The position numbers were made by a program, and so were the translations under genes. A DNA stretch of 64,000 nucleotides, from assembly GCA_963817915.1 (NCBI GenBank), contig CAWFQL010000003.1, positions 96,001-160,000 of the forward strand, read 5' to 3'. The stretch is from an uncultured candidate division Zixibacteria bacterium. GTDB lineage: Bacteria > Zixibacteria > MSB-5A5 > UBA10806. The notes below the pieces were generated by a model. It saw nothing but the letters and a program-made list of their open reading frames with translations, made no database searches and was not told the origin of the DNA. This document shows, one piece after another, positions 18,004 to 29,549 of the stretch. The stretch's first letter is position 1; each line of letters begins with the position of its first letter.

Positions 18004-18777
18004 TTATAAGATTGCCCGAAGTTTCAAGACGTCCTTTTCTTTGCAGGAATCCATGCATTCGAGGCAATTGGTGCAATCCTTGTGTCTTATGACCTGGTGT
18101 TGATGAACTGGAATATCGTGAATGCAAGCTTGAGAGCATTTCCCGCATGATGTACAACTGGAATTGTCTCGCGTGATTTTTACCAGTCCGAGCCTGCTGA
18201 AGGGATCGAATATCGCTCCCATGGGGCAGAGATAACGGCAAAATGCCATCGGGATAACAAAAACCCCGACCACAATAACGCCCGTGACTAAAATTGAAAT
18301 CAATCCGGCGCTGCCGTGTCCAAAGCCGGAGAATATCAGGTAAAAGGGATCGTATCCCCGCAAGACCAATTCGCCTGTCTTGTAAGTAAAATATAGCGCG
18401 AATATCAGAACAGGATAACGGATGAATTTCAGAGCGGAATCGATTTTGCGATTTATCCGGGGCCGCTTTTTCCAGGTGACTCCACCCAGCCTTCCAAGCA
18501 ATTCGCTCAAAAACCCAATCGGACAAGCCCAGCCGCAAAATGATTTTTTGACAATCAAAACAAGCGCGAGCATTGCCAGCATCAGCGAAAGATTGAGAGG
18601 TCCGAGGGCGCAGGAAAATTCACCAGCCTTAATGAGTCCCCAAAGGCTTTCCGCTCCCCCGAAGGGACAGTAATCCTCAAAGGATCGGCTTCCAAAGCCC
18701 AGCGCCAAATAGATAACTATCCCTAATATCAATGTCATTAAGGTGTAGCGAATGTATCTGCTCTTGATCGAAGTCAT
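18004..18777 (-). CDS. NapH/MauN-like membrane polyferredoxin (4Fe-4S binding membrane protein)
   Basis: TM helices with CPFGG, FCGWACPIG, FCRYLCPMG, CTSCGKCSQAC and CTNCLECMDSC. Confidence 0.88.
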   Translation of the reverse strand: MTSIKSRYIRYTLMTLILGIVIYLALGFGSRSFEDYCPFGGAESLWGLIKAGEFSCALGPLNLSLMLAMLALVLIVKKSFCGWACPIGFLSELLGRLGGVTWKKRPRINRKIDSALKFIRYPVLIFALYFTYKTGELVLRGYDPFYLIFSGFGHGSAGLISILVTGVIVVGVFVIPMAFCRYLCPMGAIFDPFSRLGLVKITRDNSSCTSCGKCSQACIHDIPVHQHQVIRHKDCTNCLECMDSCKEKDVLKLRAIL

Positions 18778-18960
18778 CAAATTATCCCCTTATTAAGTTG
18801 CCGGCCTCCGCACCTTTTTGAATTCCGCAAAGCGGAAAATTATTTCAACGTATATGTGTTATGGATGTTCCATAAGGGTGGAAAATAATACTATCAATTC
18901 CCACCCGACAGCAGGGTAGCTTGGTGAAGTTAGATTTTTCGCGACGCGAAGAAATCGAAT

Positions 18961-20346
18961 CTACAAATTCTGCCCGATATGCCTCTTGATGAATTTCCCG
19001 TGGCCAATTTCGCCGACGAATTTGCCCTTTTGAGCCACTATTTTCCCGCGGCTGATAGTCGTATCGGGGTAGCCGGTCAGCTTGAAATTCTCGAATGGCG
19101 ACCAGTCGCAATTGGTCTGCAGATTCTTATGAGACAATGTCACTTTTCTCAGCGGATCGAAAATCACCAGATCAGCATCGGAGCCGACTGCGATCGTGCC
19201 TTTCTCAGGGTATAGTCCCATCAGCTTGGCGGGATTGGTGCAGAGATTTTTCACAAGCTGTGATTCAGTGATCCGTTTCTTGCCAACTCCATAGCTGTAC
19301 ATCAACGGTAGCAACGTTTCCACACCAGGCAGTCCGAATGGGATTTTCGTGAAATCACCCTGCCACATTGCCTTTTGCTTGGTCGTAAACGTGCAGGTAT
19401 CGGTCGCGATAGTCGAAATATCACCATCGGCAATCGCCTGCCATAATCTATCGGAATCTACTTTTTTCTTAATCTGCGGGCAGGTCGCGTAGAGATGGCC
19501 GTTCGGTTTTTTGAAAACTGAATTGTCTAAAAGCAGATACTGCGGGCAGGTCTCGGCATAGACATTCAGGCCGCGCGCCTTGGCCTTTTTGATAATCTCA
19601 GCGCCTTCGGCCGTTGACATATGTACGATATACAATTTGCCATTAGTCGCTTCGGCCCAGGTAACCGCGCGCTGGATTGCCTCGGCCTCGACATAATTAG
19701 GCCTTGAAAGCACATGGGCATAGGCGCCATGTTTTTTCATATCTTTCGGATTATGGAAACGGTTGATCAGCAAATCCAAAACCCTGACCGATTCAGCATG
19801 CACTCCGACCATTCCGCCGAAAGAGCCCGTCTCCTCCAATGCGTCAAAAAGCGCGTCGTCGTCGCTGATCATCCCTTCCTTGGCGTAAATCATAAACATC
19901 TTGAATGTGGTAAAACCATCGGCGGCGAGCTTCTTTAATTCGCCTTTGGTTTTGTCATTCCAGTCTGTTGGCACGGCATGCAATGAATAATCGATAGCGA
20001 CTTTGCCATCAGCTTCGGCCATTCTGGAATCGACTGCCTCTCTGATAGTCTTGCCTTTTTTCTGAATGGCGAAATCGATAACGGTAGTTACTCCGCCGCA
20101 GGCTGCCGCCTTAGTGCCGTTCTCGAAATCGTCCGCAGACACTGTTCCGCAAAATGGCAACTGCAAGTGGACATGAACATCGATCGCGCCCGGGAAGATG
20201 ACCATTCCTTTGGCGTCGATTGTCTTCTTAGCATCGCCGGGAAGCGACTGCGCTATGGCCTTGATTCTCCCTTTTTCGATACCGATATCGGCTCTGTAGC
20301 TTCCCTCGGTCGTGACAATTTTTCCGCCGGTAATTTTTAGATCCAT
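18961..20346 (-). CDS. hydA: Dihydropyrimidinase
   Basis: PGAIDVHVH, GTKAAACGGVTT, HAE, VHMS, ETCPQYL and TDTC motifs; GGAGG SD; operon context. Confidence 0.93.
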   Translation of the reverse strand: MDLKITGGKIVTTEGSYRADIGIEKGRIKAIAQSLPGDAKKTIDAKGMVIFPGAIDVHVHLQLPFCGTVSADDFENGTKAAACGGVTTVIDFAIQKKGKTIREAVDSRMAEADGKVAIDYSLHAVPTDWNDKTKGELKKLAADGFTTFKMFMIYAKEGMISDDDALFDALEETGSFGGMVGVHAESVRVLDLLINRFHNPKDMKKHGAYAHVLSRPNYVEAEAIQRAVTWAEATNGKLYIVHMSTAEGAEIIKKAKARGLNVYAETCPQYLLLDNSVFKKPNGHLYATCPQIKKKVDSDRLWQAIADGDISTIATDTCTFTTKQKAMWQGDFTKIPFGLPGVETLLPLMYSYGVGKKRITESQLVKNLCTNPAKLMGLYPEKGTIAVGSDADLVIFDPLRKVTLSHKNLQTNCDWSPFENFKLTGYPDTTISRGKIVAQKGKFVGEIGHGKFIKRHIGQNL

Positions 20347-20371
20347 TGTTCCTCCATTGGTCAAATTGCTA

Positions 20372-21599
20372 TTATGCCGCCACTAACGAAACACAGTCCC
20401 AAACAGGGCATACCTGAACACAAAGCGAGCATCCTGTGCATTTCTGCTTGTCGACTTTCGGAATCCTGTCCGCGCCGGATGATATCGCCTGATAGCCGGC
20501 GTCGCGGCAAGAGACCACGCAGCGATCGCATTTTACGCAGGCTGATTCGTTGATCGATGAGACCAATCGCTTTTTTCGTTCGAGCCCTATATGGTCGGTT
20601 AGTTTCGGCAATGATTTTCCAACAAAATCCTTTATCGTTCCGAAGTCATGGTCTTCCATGAATCCGGAAAGCCCTTCTTTCAATTCATCGATAATCCCGA
20701 AACCGCGAAACATGACCGCCGTGCAGATTTGTAACGACGATGCTCCCAGCAGAATAAATTCCGCGGCATCGCTCCAGGTCTCGATTCCCGCCGATACCCG
20801 AAATAGGTACATGCAATTCCGAGGCTATATTAGCCACCGCCTTCAACGCGATCGGCTTGATGGCCGGACCGGAATATCCGCCGTGAGTACTCTTGCCGAA
20901 GACATTCGGGTAGGGAGTCAATGTTTCCAAATCGATACCCGTGATAACGGCTACAGTATTAATCGCCGAAATTGCATCGGCGCCGCCATCGACAGCCGCG
21001 CGAGCCGGGACTCGGATATCGGTTATATTGGGTGTCATCTTGGCAATCACCGGAATCGTGCAGGCCTGCTTTACCCATGATGTCGCCGTCTTGACGATTT
21101 CCGGATTCTGTCCGATAGCGGCCCCCATCCCTTTTTCGGGCATTCCATGGGGACATGAGAAATTGAGCTCCAGCATATCTGCTCCAGCCGCCTGGCACAT
21201 CCTAGCCAACTCCTGCCAGCCGGTCTTGTCTTTGCCGCCCGCCATGATACTGGCGATTAGCAGATGCTTGGGATAGCTTTTCTTGATATCCTCGATCTCT
21301 TTCAGCCAGATATTCAACGGCCTATCGGTTATCAATTCGATATTTTGAAGGCCATACAGCTTTTTGGCCTCATCGCTTTTTCCGGGGAACGACAGCGATG
21401 CCAGCCGCGGAGTGACATTGGCCATGAGATCGCGGTCATGCCCCAATGTCTTAGTGACCGCCCCGCCCCATCCGGCCTCGAACGCTCTTTTGATCATCTC
21501 GCCCGTTCCGGTCGGCGGCGCGGATGATAGCATGAACGGGTTCATCATTTCGAAGCCGCAGAAATTGGTTTTGAGATCTATCTTTTTTGCGATTCTCAT
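20372..21599 (-). CDS. preA: Dihydropyrimidine dehydrogenase subunit PreA; frameshift near 20788
   Basis: NPFMLSSAPPT, NIELITDR, ELNFSCPHGM and GGYSGPAIKPIAL. The C-terminal 2x[4Fe-4S] motifs are in the second frame. Confidence 0.92.
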
Positions 21600-22925
21600 G
21601 TCGATCCTCCCTTGCCGGATCCTTGTGTTGTCCGATTTTTCAGGTATTCGTCTATTCCATGAGCCGCGCGTCTTCCCTCGGCCACAGCCTGAACCGCCGT
21701 CGCCCCGCCATTGACCGCATCGCCTCCCGCGTAAATGCCCGGCATGGATGTCGCGCCTGTTTCTTTATCTATAACAACCAGGCCGCGTGAATCTGTTTTT
21801 ATTTTATCGATTTCTTTAAATGTCGCTCCCTGGCCTATTGCCAGAAGAACATCATCCACCATTATTTCCTCGTCGGAGCCATCTATAATGACAGGTATAG
21901 GACGGCCTGATTTGTCGGGTTCGCCCGGTTTGGTCTTTTTGAATATCGCCTTGATTTCGCCGTCATGTATCTGGAATTTCGAGGGTGCATAATTGAATTT
22001 AAAAATCACGCCGGATTTTTTCGCCGAATCAATTTCCGATTTGAATGCCGGCATATCCGTCTCGCCGCGCCTGTAATAAATCCTTACATTCACTCCGGAA
22101 ATTCGTGCGCTTTGGGCGGCATCGATAGCGGTATTGCCTCCGCCGATGACGATCACATTTTTGCCAAGAGTAATTACAGGCGGCTTATCGTGCAATTCCG
22201 CGATCCTGCGATCCTTGAGAAATGTAACCGCTTGATAAATATGTTCGAGATGAGCGCCTTCGATATCAAGATCAATAGGCTTGTATGCTCCAACTCCGAT
22301 AAATATGGCATCATGTTTTGCTTGAATTTCGGCCAGGCTATTTATTTTGGAATTCGTGATAATCTTGGCTCCCATGGCCTTTATATATTCGATTTCATCG
22401 TTGACAATTTCTCGATTGAGGCGATATGATGGTATCCCGTATGTCAAAATCCCTCCCGGCAGATCTTCAGCTTCGTGGATTTCAACATTATATCCCAGAC
22501 GGCACAACTCGAATGCCGCCGCAAGCCCCGCCGGGCCCGAGCCGATTACTCCGACTGACATTCCGTTAGGCTCATCCGCTGACAGCAGGCTCATGCCTTG
22601 TTGCCTGTCATATTCGGCAACAAATCTCTGCAATGCCCCAATCTCGATCGGCTTTCTGCATTTTGGTGGTGCAGCGAAATTCGCAAAGCTCGCCGACCGG
22701 GCAAATCAAGGCGCATGTTCCGGCCAGGACATTATATTCGCGGACAGTCTTTATCGCCCCGCGAAAATTTCGCTGGGCTATCTGACGAATGAATTTAACT
22801 ATATCATTCGATGCCGGACAGCCATCGCGGCAGGGTGCGTCATTGCACGATAGACAACGCGAAGCCTCGGCCACCGCCTCCTGAGGAGTCAGGAGCGGAG
22901 GATGATGATCATTCTCAGATGCCAT
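21596..22925 (-). CDS. preT: Dihydropyrimidine dehydrogenase subunit PreT (GltD-like); frameshift near 22654
   Basis: EASRCLSCNDAPCRDGCP in the first frame; GSGPAG, GGGNTAID and PGIYAGGD in the second. Confidence 0.9.
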
Positions 22926-22937
22926 TTCAGCCTTGTA

Positions 22938-24218
22938 TTATGCGACCTTTTTAAATACCGAATCGAGAATCGCCAACGCCTTATCAATATCGCCGGTTTC
23001 GATATTGAGCGGGGGAGTGATTCTAAGGACATTGCCGTATAATCCGCCCTTGCCGATTAAAAGTCCGGCTTCTTTCGTCAATTCGAATATCTTCACGACT
23101 GTATCGGAGTCGGGTATCTTCTTATCGCCGACAATCTCGACACCGATCATCAGTCCCATCCCGCGAACATCGCCGATCTTCTTATATTTCTTTTGCATTT
23201 GACGAAGCGCGCCGAAGAAATAATCACCATTCTTGGCAACACGGTCGAGAAGCTTCTCATTCTCCACAACCTCGATTGTCGCCAGCGCCGCTGTGCAAGA
23301 AACCGGATTTCCGCCGAATGTCGAAATCGAAAGGCCGGTCATCGAAGCCGCCACTTCCGGCGTGGCAATTGTCCCGCCGATCGGGAAACCGTTGGCCATA
23401 CCCTTGGCGAATGTCATTATCTCCGGCTCTACACCCCAATGCTCTATACCGAACATCTTGCCGCCGGTCCGTCCAAAGCCTGTTTGTACTTCATCGCAAA
23501 TAAAGACGCCGCCGTATTTTCGAATTATATCGACAGCGACTTTGAAATATTCTTTCGGGGGGGTAATAAATCCGCCGACACCCTGTATCGGTTCAGCTAT
23601 AAATCCGGCAATTTTACCGGATGTGGTTGTCTGAATCATTTCCTCTAAATCGTGGGCGCAGGCCAGATCGCAAGCCGGGTATTCGAGATGGAATGGACAT
23701 CGATAGCAATACGGATTATGAAGGTGCTTGATGCCGGGCACGGTGCTTCCCACCTGACGCCATTTGCTATGCGCTGTCAAATTCTGCGCCAGCACCGAAC
23801 GGCCGCTATAAGCGTGACGAAGCGCGATTATCTCATCGCAACCGGTGAATTTTTTGGCCGCCAGGACACCTGTTTCATCGGCTTCGGTGCCGGAATTGGT
23901 GAAGAAGCTCTGTTTTAATTTGCCGGGTGTTATCTGCGCAAGTTTCTCCGCCAGCTGAACCTGCGGAATTGTCTGATATAATGTCGATGTATGCTGAAGC
24001 TTGCCTATCTGCTCGGTTACTTTGGAATTCACATGCGGATTCGAATGCCCCAGCATGGTTGTCAATATTCCGCAAAAGAAATCGAGATATTCTTTGCCGT
24101 CGTTATCGTACACATATTGATTCTTTCCCGATTTCGCTATTATGGGCTCGGCGTAGTAATTGGCCACACAGGGCATCAGGAATTCTTTATTTTTCTTTCT
24201 AATTTCAGAGGAATCCAT
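22938..24218 (-). CDS. Class III PLP aminotransferase (probably beta-alanine aminotransferase, AGXT2-like)
   Basis: NSGTEA, AEPIQGVGG, DEVQTGFGRTG, FAKG and STFGGNP; sits in the pyrimidine operon. Confidence 0.9.
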   Translation of the reverse strand: MDSSEIRKKNKEFLMPCVANYYAEPIIAKSGKNQYVYDNDGKEYLDFFCGILTTMLGHSNPHVNSKVTEQIGKLQHTSTLYQTIPQVQLAEKLAQITPGKLKQSFFTNSGTEADETGVLAAKKFTGCDEIIALRHAYSGRSVLAQNLTAHSKWRQVGSTVPGIKHLHNPYCYRCPFHLEYPACDLACAHDLEEMIQTTTSGKIAGFIAEPIQGVGGFITPPKEYFKVAVDIIRKYGGVFICDEVQTGFGRTGGKMFGIEHWGVEPEIMTFAKGMANGFPIGGTIATPEVAASMTGLSISTFGGNPVSCTAALATIEVVENEKLLDRVAKNGDYFFGALRQMQKKYKKIGDVRGMGLMIGVEIVGDKKIPDSDTVVKIFELTKEAGLLIGKGGLYGNVLRITPPLNIETGDIDKALAILDSVFKKVA

Positions 24219-24245
24219 AAGATCATGCTCCAATCTATGTTGTCA

Positions 24246-25124
24246 TTACGGCAATAGCCGTTCCAAATCACCATAAGTTTCCGGTCTGCGGTCACGGTAG
24301 AATTGCCAGACATTGCGGACTTCCAATATCAAATCGAAATCGATTTCGGCGACTACGACTTCATCGGTATCTCGCTTGGCCTGCGCGATTATCTTGCCGC
24401 GCGGATCGCAGAAATAGCTTTTGCCGTAGAATTCGCCGATATTCCAGGGCATCTCACGACCGACACGATTAATCGCTCCGATAAAATACCCGTTGGCAAC
24501 GGCATGCGCCGGTTGTTCGAGTTCCCATAAATATTCCGAAAGCCCGGCGACTGTCGCCGATGGATTGAATACAATTTCCGCGCCATTCATTCCGAGTATA
24601 CGCGCGCCTTCCGGGAAATGACGATCATAGCAGATATAAACTCCGACCATTCCGTATTGAGTCTTGAAAACAGGATATCCCAGATTGCCGGGCTTGAAAT
24701 AGAATTTTTCCCAGAATCCCGGCTGTACATGGGGTATATGATTCTTTCTGTATTTTCCGAGATATGTGCCATCGGCGTCGATGACTGCCGCGGTATTATA
24801 GTAGACGCCCGCCATGACACTCTCATAAATCGGCACCACTATCACCATGCCATGCTTCTTGGCGACTTCCTGCATAAGCTTCGTTGTCGGGCCGTCGGGG
24901 ATTGGTTCGGTCAGGGCGTACCATTTTGTGCTTTGCTCCGCCGCGAAATATGGGCCGTAGAAAAGCTCCTGCATGCAGAGGATTTTTACATTTTTGCTGG
25001 CCGCCTGCTCGATTAGCTTTAAATGTTTTTCTATAGCGTCTTTTTTAATTTTTTCAACCGGGTCATCGATTTTAAATGGAGGGTTTATAGACTGAATCAA
25101 ACCACAGATTACTTTCCGTGCCAT
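24246..25124 (-). CDS. Beta-ureidopropionase (N-carbamoyl-beta-alanine amidohydrolase, nitrilase family)
   Basis: E-K-C triad in QELF, RKNHIP and ICYDRHF; FWEKFYF; operon context. Confidence 0.9.
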   Translation of the reverse strand: MARKVICGLIQSINPPFKIDDPVEKIKKDAIEKHLKLIEQAASKNVKILCMQELFYGPYFAAEQSTKWYALTEPIPDGPTTKLMQEVAKKHGMVIVVPIYESVMAGVYYNTAAVIDADGTYLGKYRKNHIPHVQPGFWEKFYFKPGNLGYPVFKTQYGMVGVYICYDRHFPEGARILGMNGAEIVFNPSATVAGLSEYLWELEQPAHAVANGYFIGAINRVGREMPWNIGEFYGKSYFCDPRGKIIAQAKRDTDEVVVAEIDFDLILEVRNVWQFYRDRRPETYGDLERLLP

Positions 25125-25144
25125 CGTGATATACCCCTTTCTTA

Positions 25145-26607
25145 TTAAAACCAGCGAGAGATAATTACTCTCTTGTCTGTATAGAATTCGACTCCATCTC
25201 GTCCGTACGCTTTCAGGTCGCCGAAGAATGATCTCTTGGTGCCGCCAAACATGAAGAACGCCATAGGCGCGGCAATACCGATATTGACTCCGATCATTGA
25301 AATCCCGGCCTCGTATTTGAATTTGCGGACATCTTTGCCGCTCGATGTGAATATCGCGGTCGCGTTGCCATACTCATTTTCATTAATCAGCTTCAATGCT
25401 TCATCGATATTTTTGACCGGCATCAGGCATGCCACCGGGCCAAATATCTCCTCGCGGGCGATTGTCATTTTGGTGGTAACATTGTCGAAAATTGTTGGGC
25501 CCACGAAATGTCCCTTGAGGTCGCCTTCAACTTTCGGCGTACGGCCATCGAGGACAAGATCCGCGCCCTCTTTGATTCCCTTTTCGATATATGAAAGAAC
25601 TCGTTCTTTGTGCTTTTGCGAGATAACCGGACCTAAGCCGATTGATTCATCGAGGCCATTGCCGATCTTGAGCTTCTTTGCGGCTTCGGCCAGCTTCTTC
25701 TTGAATGGCTCATGCACATCGCCGACTGTCAATATGACGCTGGCGGCCAGGCATCGTTCGCCGGCGCAGCCGTAGATAGAATCTATCAATGTCGCCACCG
25801 TCTTATCGAGATCGCAATCGGGCATGACAACCACGAAATTCTTGGCGCCGCCGAGAGCCTGGACTCGTTTGCCCTTGGCGGATGATTCGCGATAGACCGA
25901 TTCGGCTATCTTCGATGAGCCCACGAACGATATACCGACAACATCGGGATTGTTGATCAACGCTCTGGCGACTTCGCCATCGCCATTGACAAGATTAATC
26001 ACTCCCGGCGGGAATTTGGCCTCATCGATCAATTCGAATATTTTCTTCTGCGAAAGCGGTGTCTGTTCGGATGGTTTTACGACGAATGTATTTCCGCAAG
26101 CAACCGCCATTGGGAAAAACCATAACGGCACCATCGCTGGGAAATTGAATGGCGTTATACAGGCGAATACTCCCATCGGCTGACGGACTACATCGCAATC
26201 GATGCCGGGGGCGATATCTTCGAGATTGACTCCCTGCATCTGGGTCGGTATTCCGCAGGCGGCTTCGACATTCTCGATACCGCGTCGTCACCGAGCCGCG
26301 CGATTCGGCTATGGCCTTGCCGTTTTCTTTTGTCAAGTATTCGGGAAATCTCCTCGAAATCCCGTTCGAGCAAATCTCTCAGTTTAAAGAGATACCGCGC
26401 CCTTACGACTGCGGGCGTCAGGCGCCATTCCCTGAACGCTTTCTTGGCCGCCTTGACAGCGTCATCGACTTCGTCTTTGGTCGAAAATTTGACAATGCCT
26501 ATCTTTTCGAGGGTAGCGGGATTTATAATTTCCTGGTTATCGGATGGCGACGACTCTATCCATTTACCATTAATGTAATTTGAAGCAAAATTGAAATCAG
26601 GTTTCAT
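25145..26607 (-). CDS. mmsA: CoA-acylating (methyl)malonate-semialdehyde dehydrogenase; frameshifts near 26336 and 26289
   Basis: ITPFNFPAMVPLW, KPSEQTP, GGAKN, GCAGERCLA and EEIFGPV. The N-terminus is spread over two other frames. GGAGG SD. Confidence 0.9.
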
Positions 26608-26758
26608 TGGGCCTCCATGCGCCAGAGGGTGAATACTATAATTCAATGCAAAACGGATATTACGAAATAATATCCCCCAAACCAAATGATTTTTAAGAAT
26701 TTAGCAATTATGCCCAATGAGAAATGTAATTAGTCCGAATCCATCTTGCGAGATTAAA

Positions 26759-26782
26759 TGACATGAAAATCTGACATGAAAA
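26759..26782. promoter_or_regulatory. 11-bp direct repeat in a divergent intergenic region (possible regulator site)
   Basis: TGACATGAAAA-TC-TGACATGAAAA. Confidence 0.35.
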
Positions 26783-26921
26783 CTATTGGAAAGTAGCTGT
26801 GCAATCGCCCAAAAGATAAGGAATTGCAATAAAGGAAACAGCGCAAACCATTCAATTTGAGATGTTCTCTAACCTATCATAAAATCACCCTTTTACGAAG
26901 CCATTTTCCCCATCAAATCAG

Positions 26922-26950
26922 TTGAAATTATTGCCGGTTTCATGTATAAT
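26922..26950 (+). promoter_or_regulatory. sigma70 promoter of gyrA
   Basis: TTGAAA-N17-TATAAT. Confidence 0.7.
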
Positions 26951-27040
26951 ACTTTTTTATTTCTGGCGGTGTCTGGGATCTGAATAGGCAGCGCGTGGGA
27001 ATTTATTTCTGTAATGTGCATGTAAGGAGAATAAAGATAA

Positions 27041-29495
27041 ATGCCACTCGAATCTGAGAAAATACTACCAGTCTATATCGAAGATGAAATGAAATCTTCC
27101 TATATCGACTACTCCATGTCGGTCATCACCAACCGCGCTTTGCCTGATGTCCGCGATGGTTTGAAGCCGTCCAATCGGCGCATCATGGTCGCTATGAACG
27201 ATCTCAATCTAGCGCCCAATCGTCCCCACAGGAAATGCGCCAAGATCGCGGGCGATACGTCGGGCAACTACCATCCCCATGGCGAACAGGTTGTCTATCC
27301 GACATTGGTGAGAATGGCGCAGGATTTCAATATGCGCTACCTGCTGGTCGATGGCCAGGGCAACTTCGGCTCTATCGATGGTGACTCGGCGGCGGCGATG
27401 AGGTACACCGAGGCCCGTCTGACCCCGATGTCGATGGAGATGATTACCGATCTCGAAAAAAATACCGTCAATATGATCCCCAACTACGACGAGACCCGCG
27501 AAGAGCCAACTGTACTACCGTCGAAATTCCCGAATCTGATTTGCAATGGCTCATCCGGTATCGCGGTCGGTATGGCGACCAATATCCCCCCCCATAATCT
27601 AACTGAGGCTGTCGAGGCGCTATGCGCGCTGATCGATACTCCCGAAATGTCTGTCATGGATGTCCTGAATTATATTAAGGGCCCGGATTTTCCGACCGGC
27701 GGATTGATTTTCGGTATTTCCGGTATGAAGCAAGGATATTTGACCGGCCGGGGTAGATTTTATGTCAGAGCCAGGGCCAATGTCGAGGTCCAGAAGAACG
27801 GCCGCGAAAGCATTATTGTCAGTGAAATCCCATATCAGATCAATAAATCGAATCTTCTGGAAAAGATCGCCGAATTAGTGCGCGATAAGCGGCTTGAAGG
27901 TATTTCCGACCTGCGCGATGAATCCGATCGCGACGGTATGAGGATCGTAATCGAGCTCAAGAAAGATATCCAGGCTGATATAGTTTTGAATCAGCTTTTC
28001 AAGCTTACCCAAATGCAAGCGACATTCGGAATGATTACCCTGGCGTTGGTCAAGGGTCAGCCGCGTGTTTTGAATATCAAAGAGCTTCTACAGAATTTCA
28101 TAGACCATCGCCATGAAGTGGTCGAACGGCGCACCCGTTTCGATCTAGCCGAGGCCGAGAAGCGCGCTCATATACTCGAAGGTTACAAAATCGCATTAGA
28201 TAATCTCGATGCCGTTATTGCTCTTATCAGAAAATCGAAAGACCCGGCCGAGGCCAAAGATTGGCCTTGTAACCAGATTCAAACTATCCGAAATCCAGGC
28301 CCAGGCGATTCTGGATCTCCGTTTGCAGAGACTAACCGGCCTCGAACGCGATAAGATTATCGAAGAATACGAAGCCACCATAAAGTTAATCGCCGAGCTC
28401 AATGAGATACTAGCGTCCAAACAGCGCCGTATGCAGATTATCAAAGACGAACTCAATGATATGAAAGAAAAATTCGGCGATGCCCGCCGTTCGGTGATAA
28501 TTGAAGAAGATATCGATGATGATTTCACAATTGAAGATTTAATCGCCGAAGAGGATATGATAGTCACGATCTCCCATGCGGGGTATATCAAACGGCTTTC
28601 AATATCTGCTTACAAGAAGCAATCGCGCGGCACCAAGGGCGTTATCGGCATGGAAACAAAGGAAGAGGATTTCGTGGAGCATATGTTTGTGGCATCCACT
28701 CATAACTATATCCTTTTCTTCACTCGCCGCGGCAAATGCTACTGGTTGAAAGTCCACGAGATTCCACAGGGCGGAAGGCTCGCCAAGGGAAAAGCGATTA
28801 TCAATTTAATAGGCATTGATAAGGATGACACTATTACCGCCTTCGTGCCAGTCAAAAATTTCGAAGCCGGCGGATTTATAACGCTGGCCACTCAAACCGG
28901 ACAGATCAAGAAGACCGAGCTTTCCGCATTCTCCAACCCCCGCCGCGATGGCATTATCGCGGTCACACTGCCCGAAGACGATTTCTTGATCGGCGCGGAG
29001 CTTTCCGATGGCAATTGCGATATAATCCTGGCCACTCGCCGGGGACAGGCGATAAGATTCCCCGAAAACACTGTCCGGGCCATGGGCCGAACCGCTTACG
29101 GAGTTCGAGGCATAACTCTCGAAGAAGGCGACTATGCTATCGGTATGGTTGTTGTCAAGAGGGAGTCAACCTTGCTGACAGTCTGCGAAAATGGCCACGG
29201 GAAAAGATCCGATATCGCCGATTACCGAATAACCAATAGAGGCGGCAAAGGGGTTATCAATATCAGAGTGTCCGAGCGAAATGGTGAAGTAGTCGCTGTC
29301 AAAGAAGTTGTCGATGACGACGAGCTTCTCTTAATCACCCAACGAGGCATAGTCAATCGTCTTGCGATCAGTTCGATCCGTTCCATAAGCAGGGCAACCC
29401 AGGGAGTCCGCCTGATGGGCCTCGATTCCGGCGATAAGGTAATCGATGTTGCCCGTGTACCGGCCGGCGAGAAATTGGGCGATAACGGCGAATAA
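27041..29495 (+). CDS. gyrA: DNA gyrase subunit A; frameshift near 28257
   Basis: [17 protein letters not shown], catalytic AAMRYTE, GyrA-box-like QSRGTKG and C-terminal pinwheel repeats. An extra A in GCCAAAGATT splits the ORF. Confidence 0.96.
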
Positions 29496-29516
29496 ATTTA
29501 GATTTATATGAATATT

Positions 29517-29547
29517 AGCCCCGTTCACTATTGAGCGGGGCTTTTTT
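29517..29547 (+). terminator. gyrA intrinsic terminator
   Basis: AGCCCCGTTCA-CTAT-TGAGCGGGGCT followed by a T run. Confidence 0.85.
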
Positions 29548-29549
29548 GT

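Noticed and set aside
17633..18538. 301-aa ORF as a single gene
   Set aside because: Its first two thirds overlap the polyferredoxin gene out of frame. Only the 3' part is coding, as the frameshifted HMA-like gene.
27041..29495. gyrA (and lepA, preA, preT, mmsA) as pseudogenes or programmed frameshifts
   Set aside because: GyrA is normally essential, the fragments show no decay, and I see no shared slippery motif. Sequencing error is simpler.
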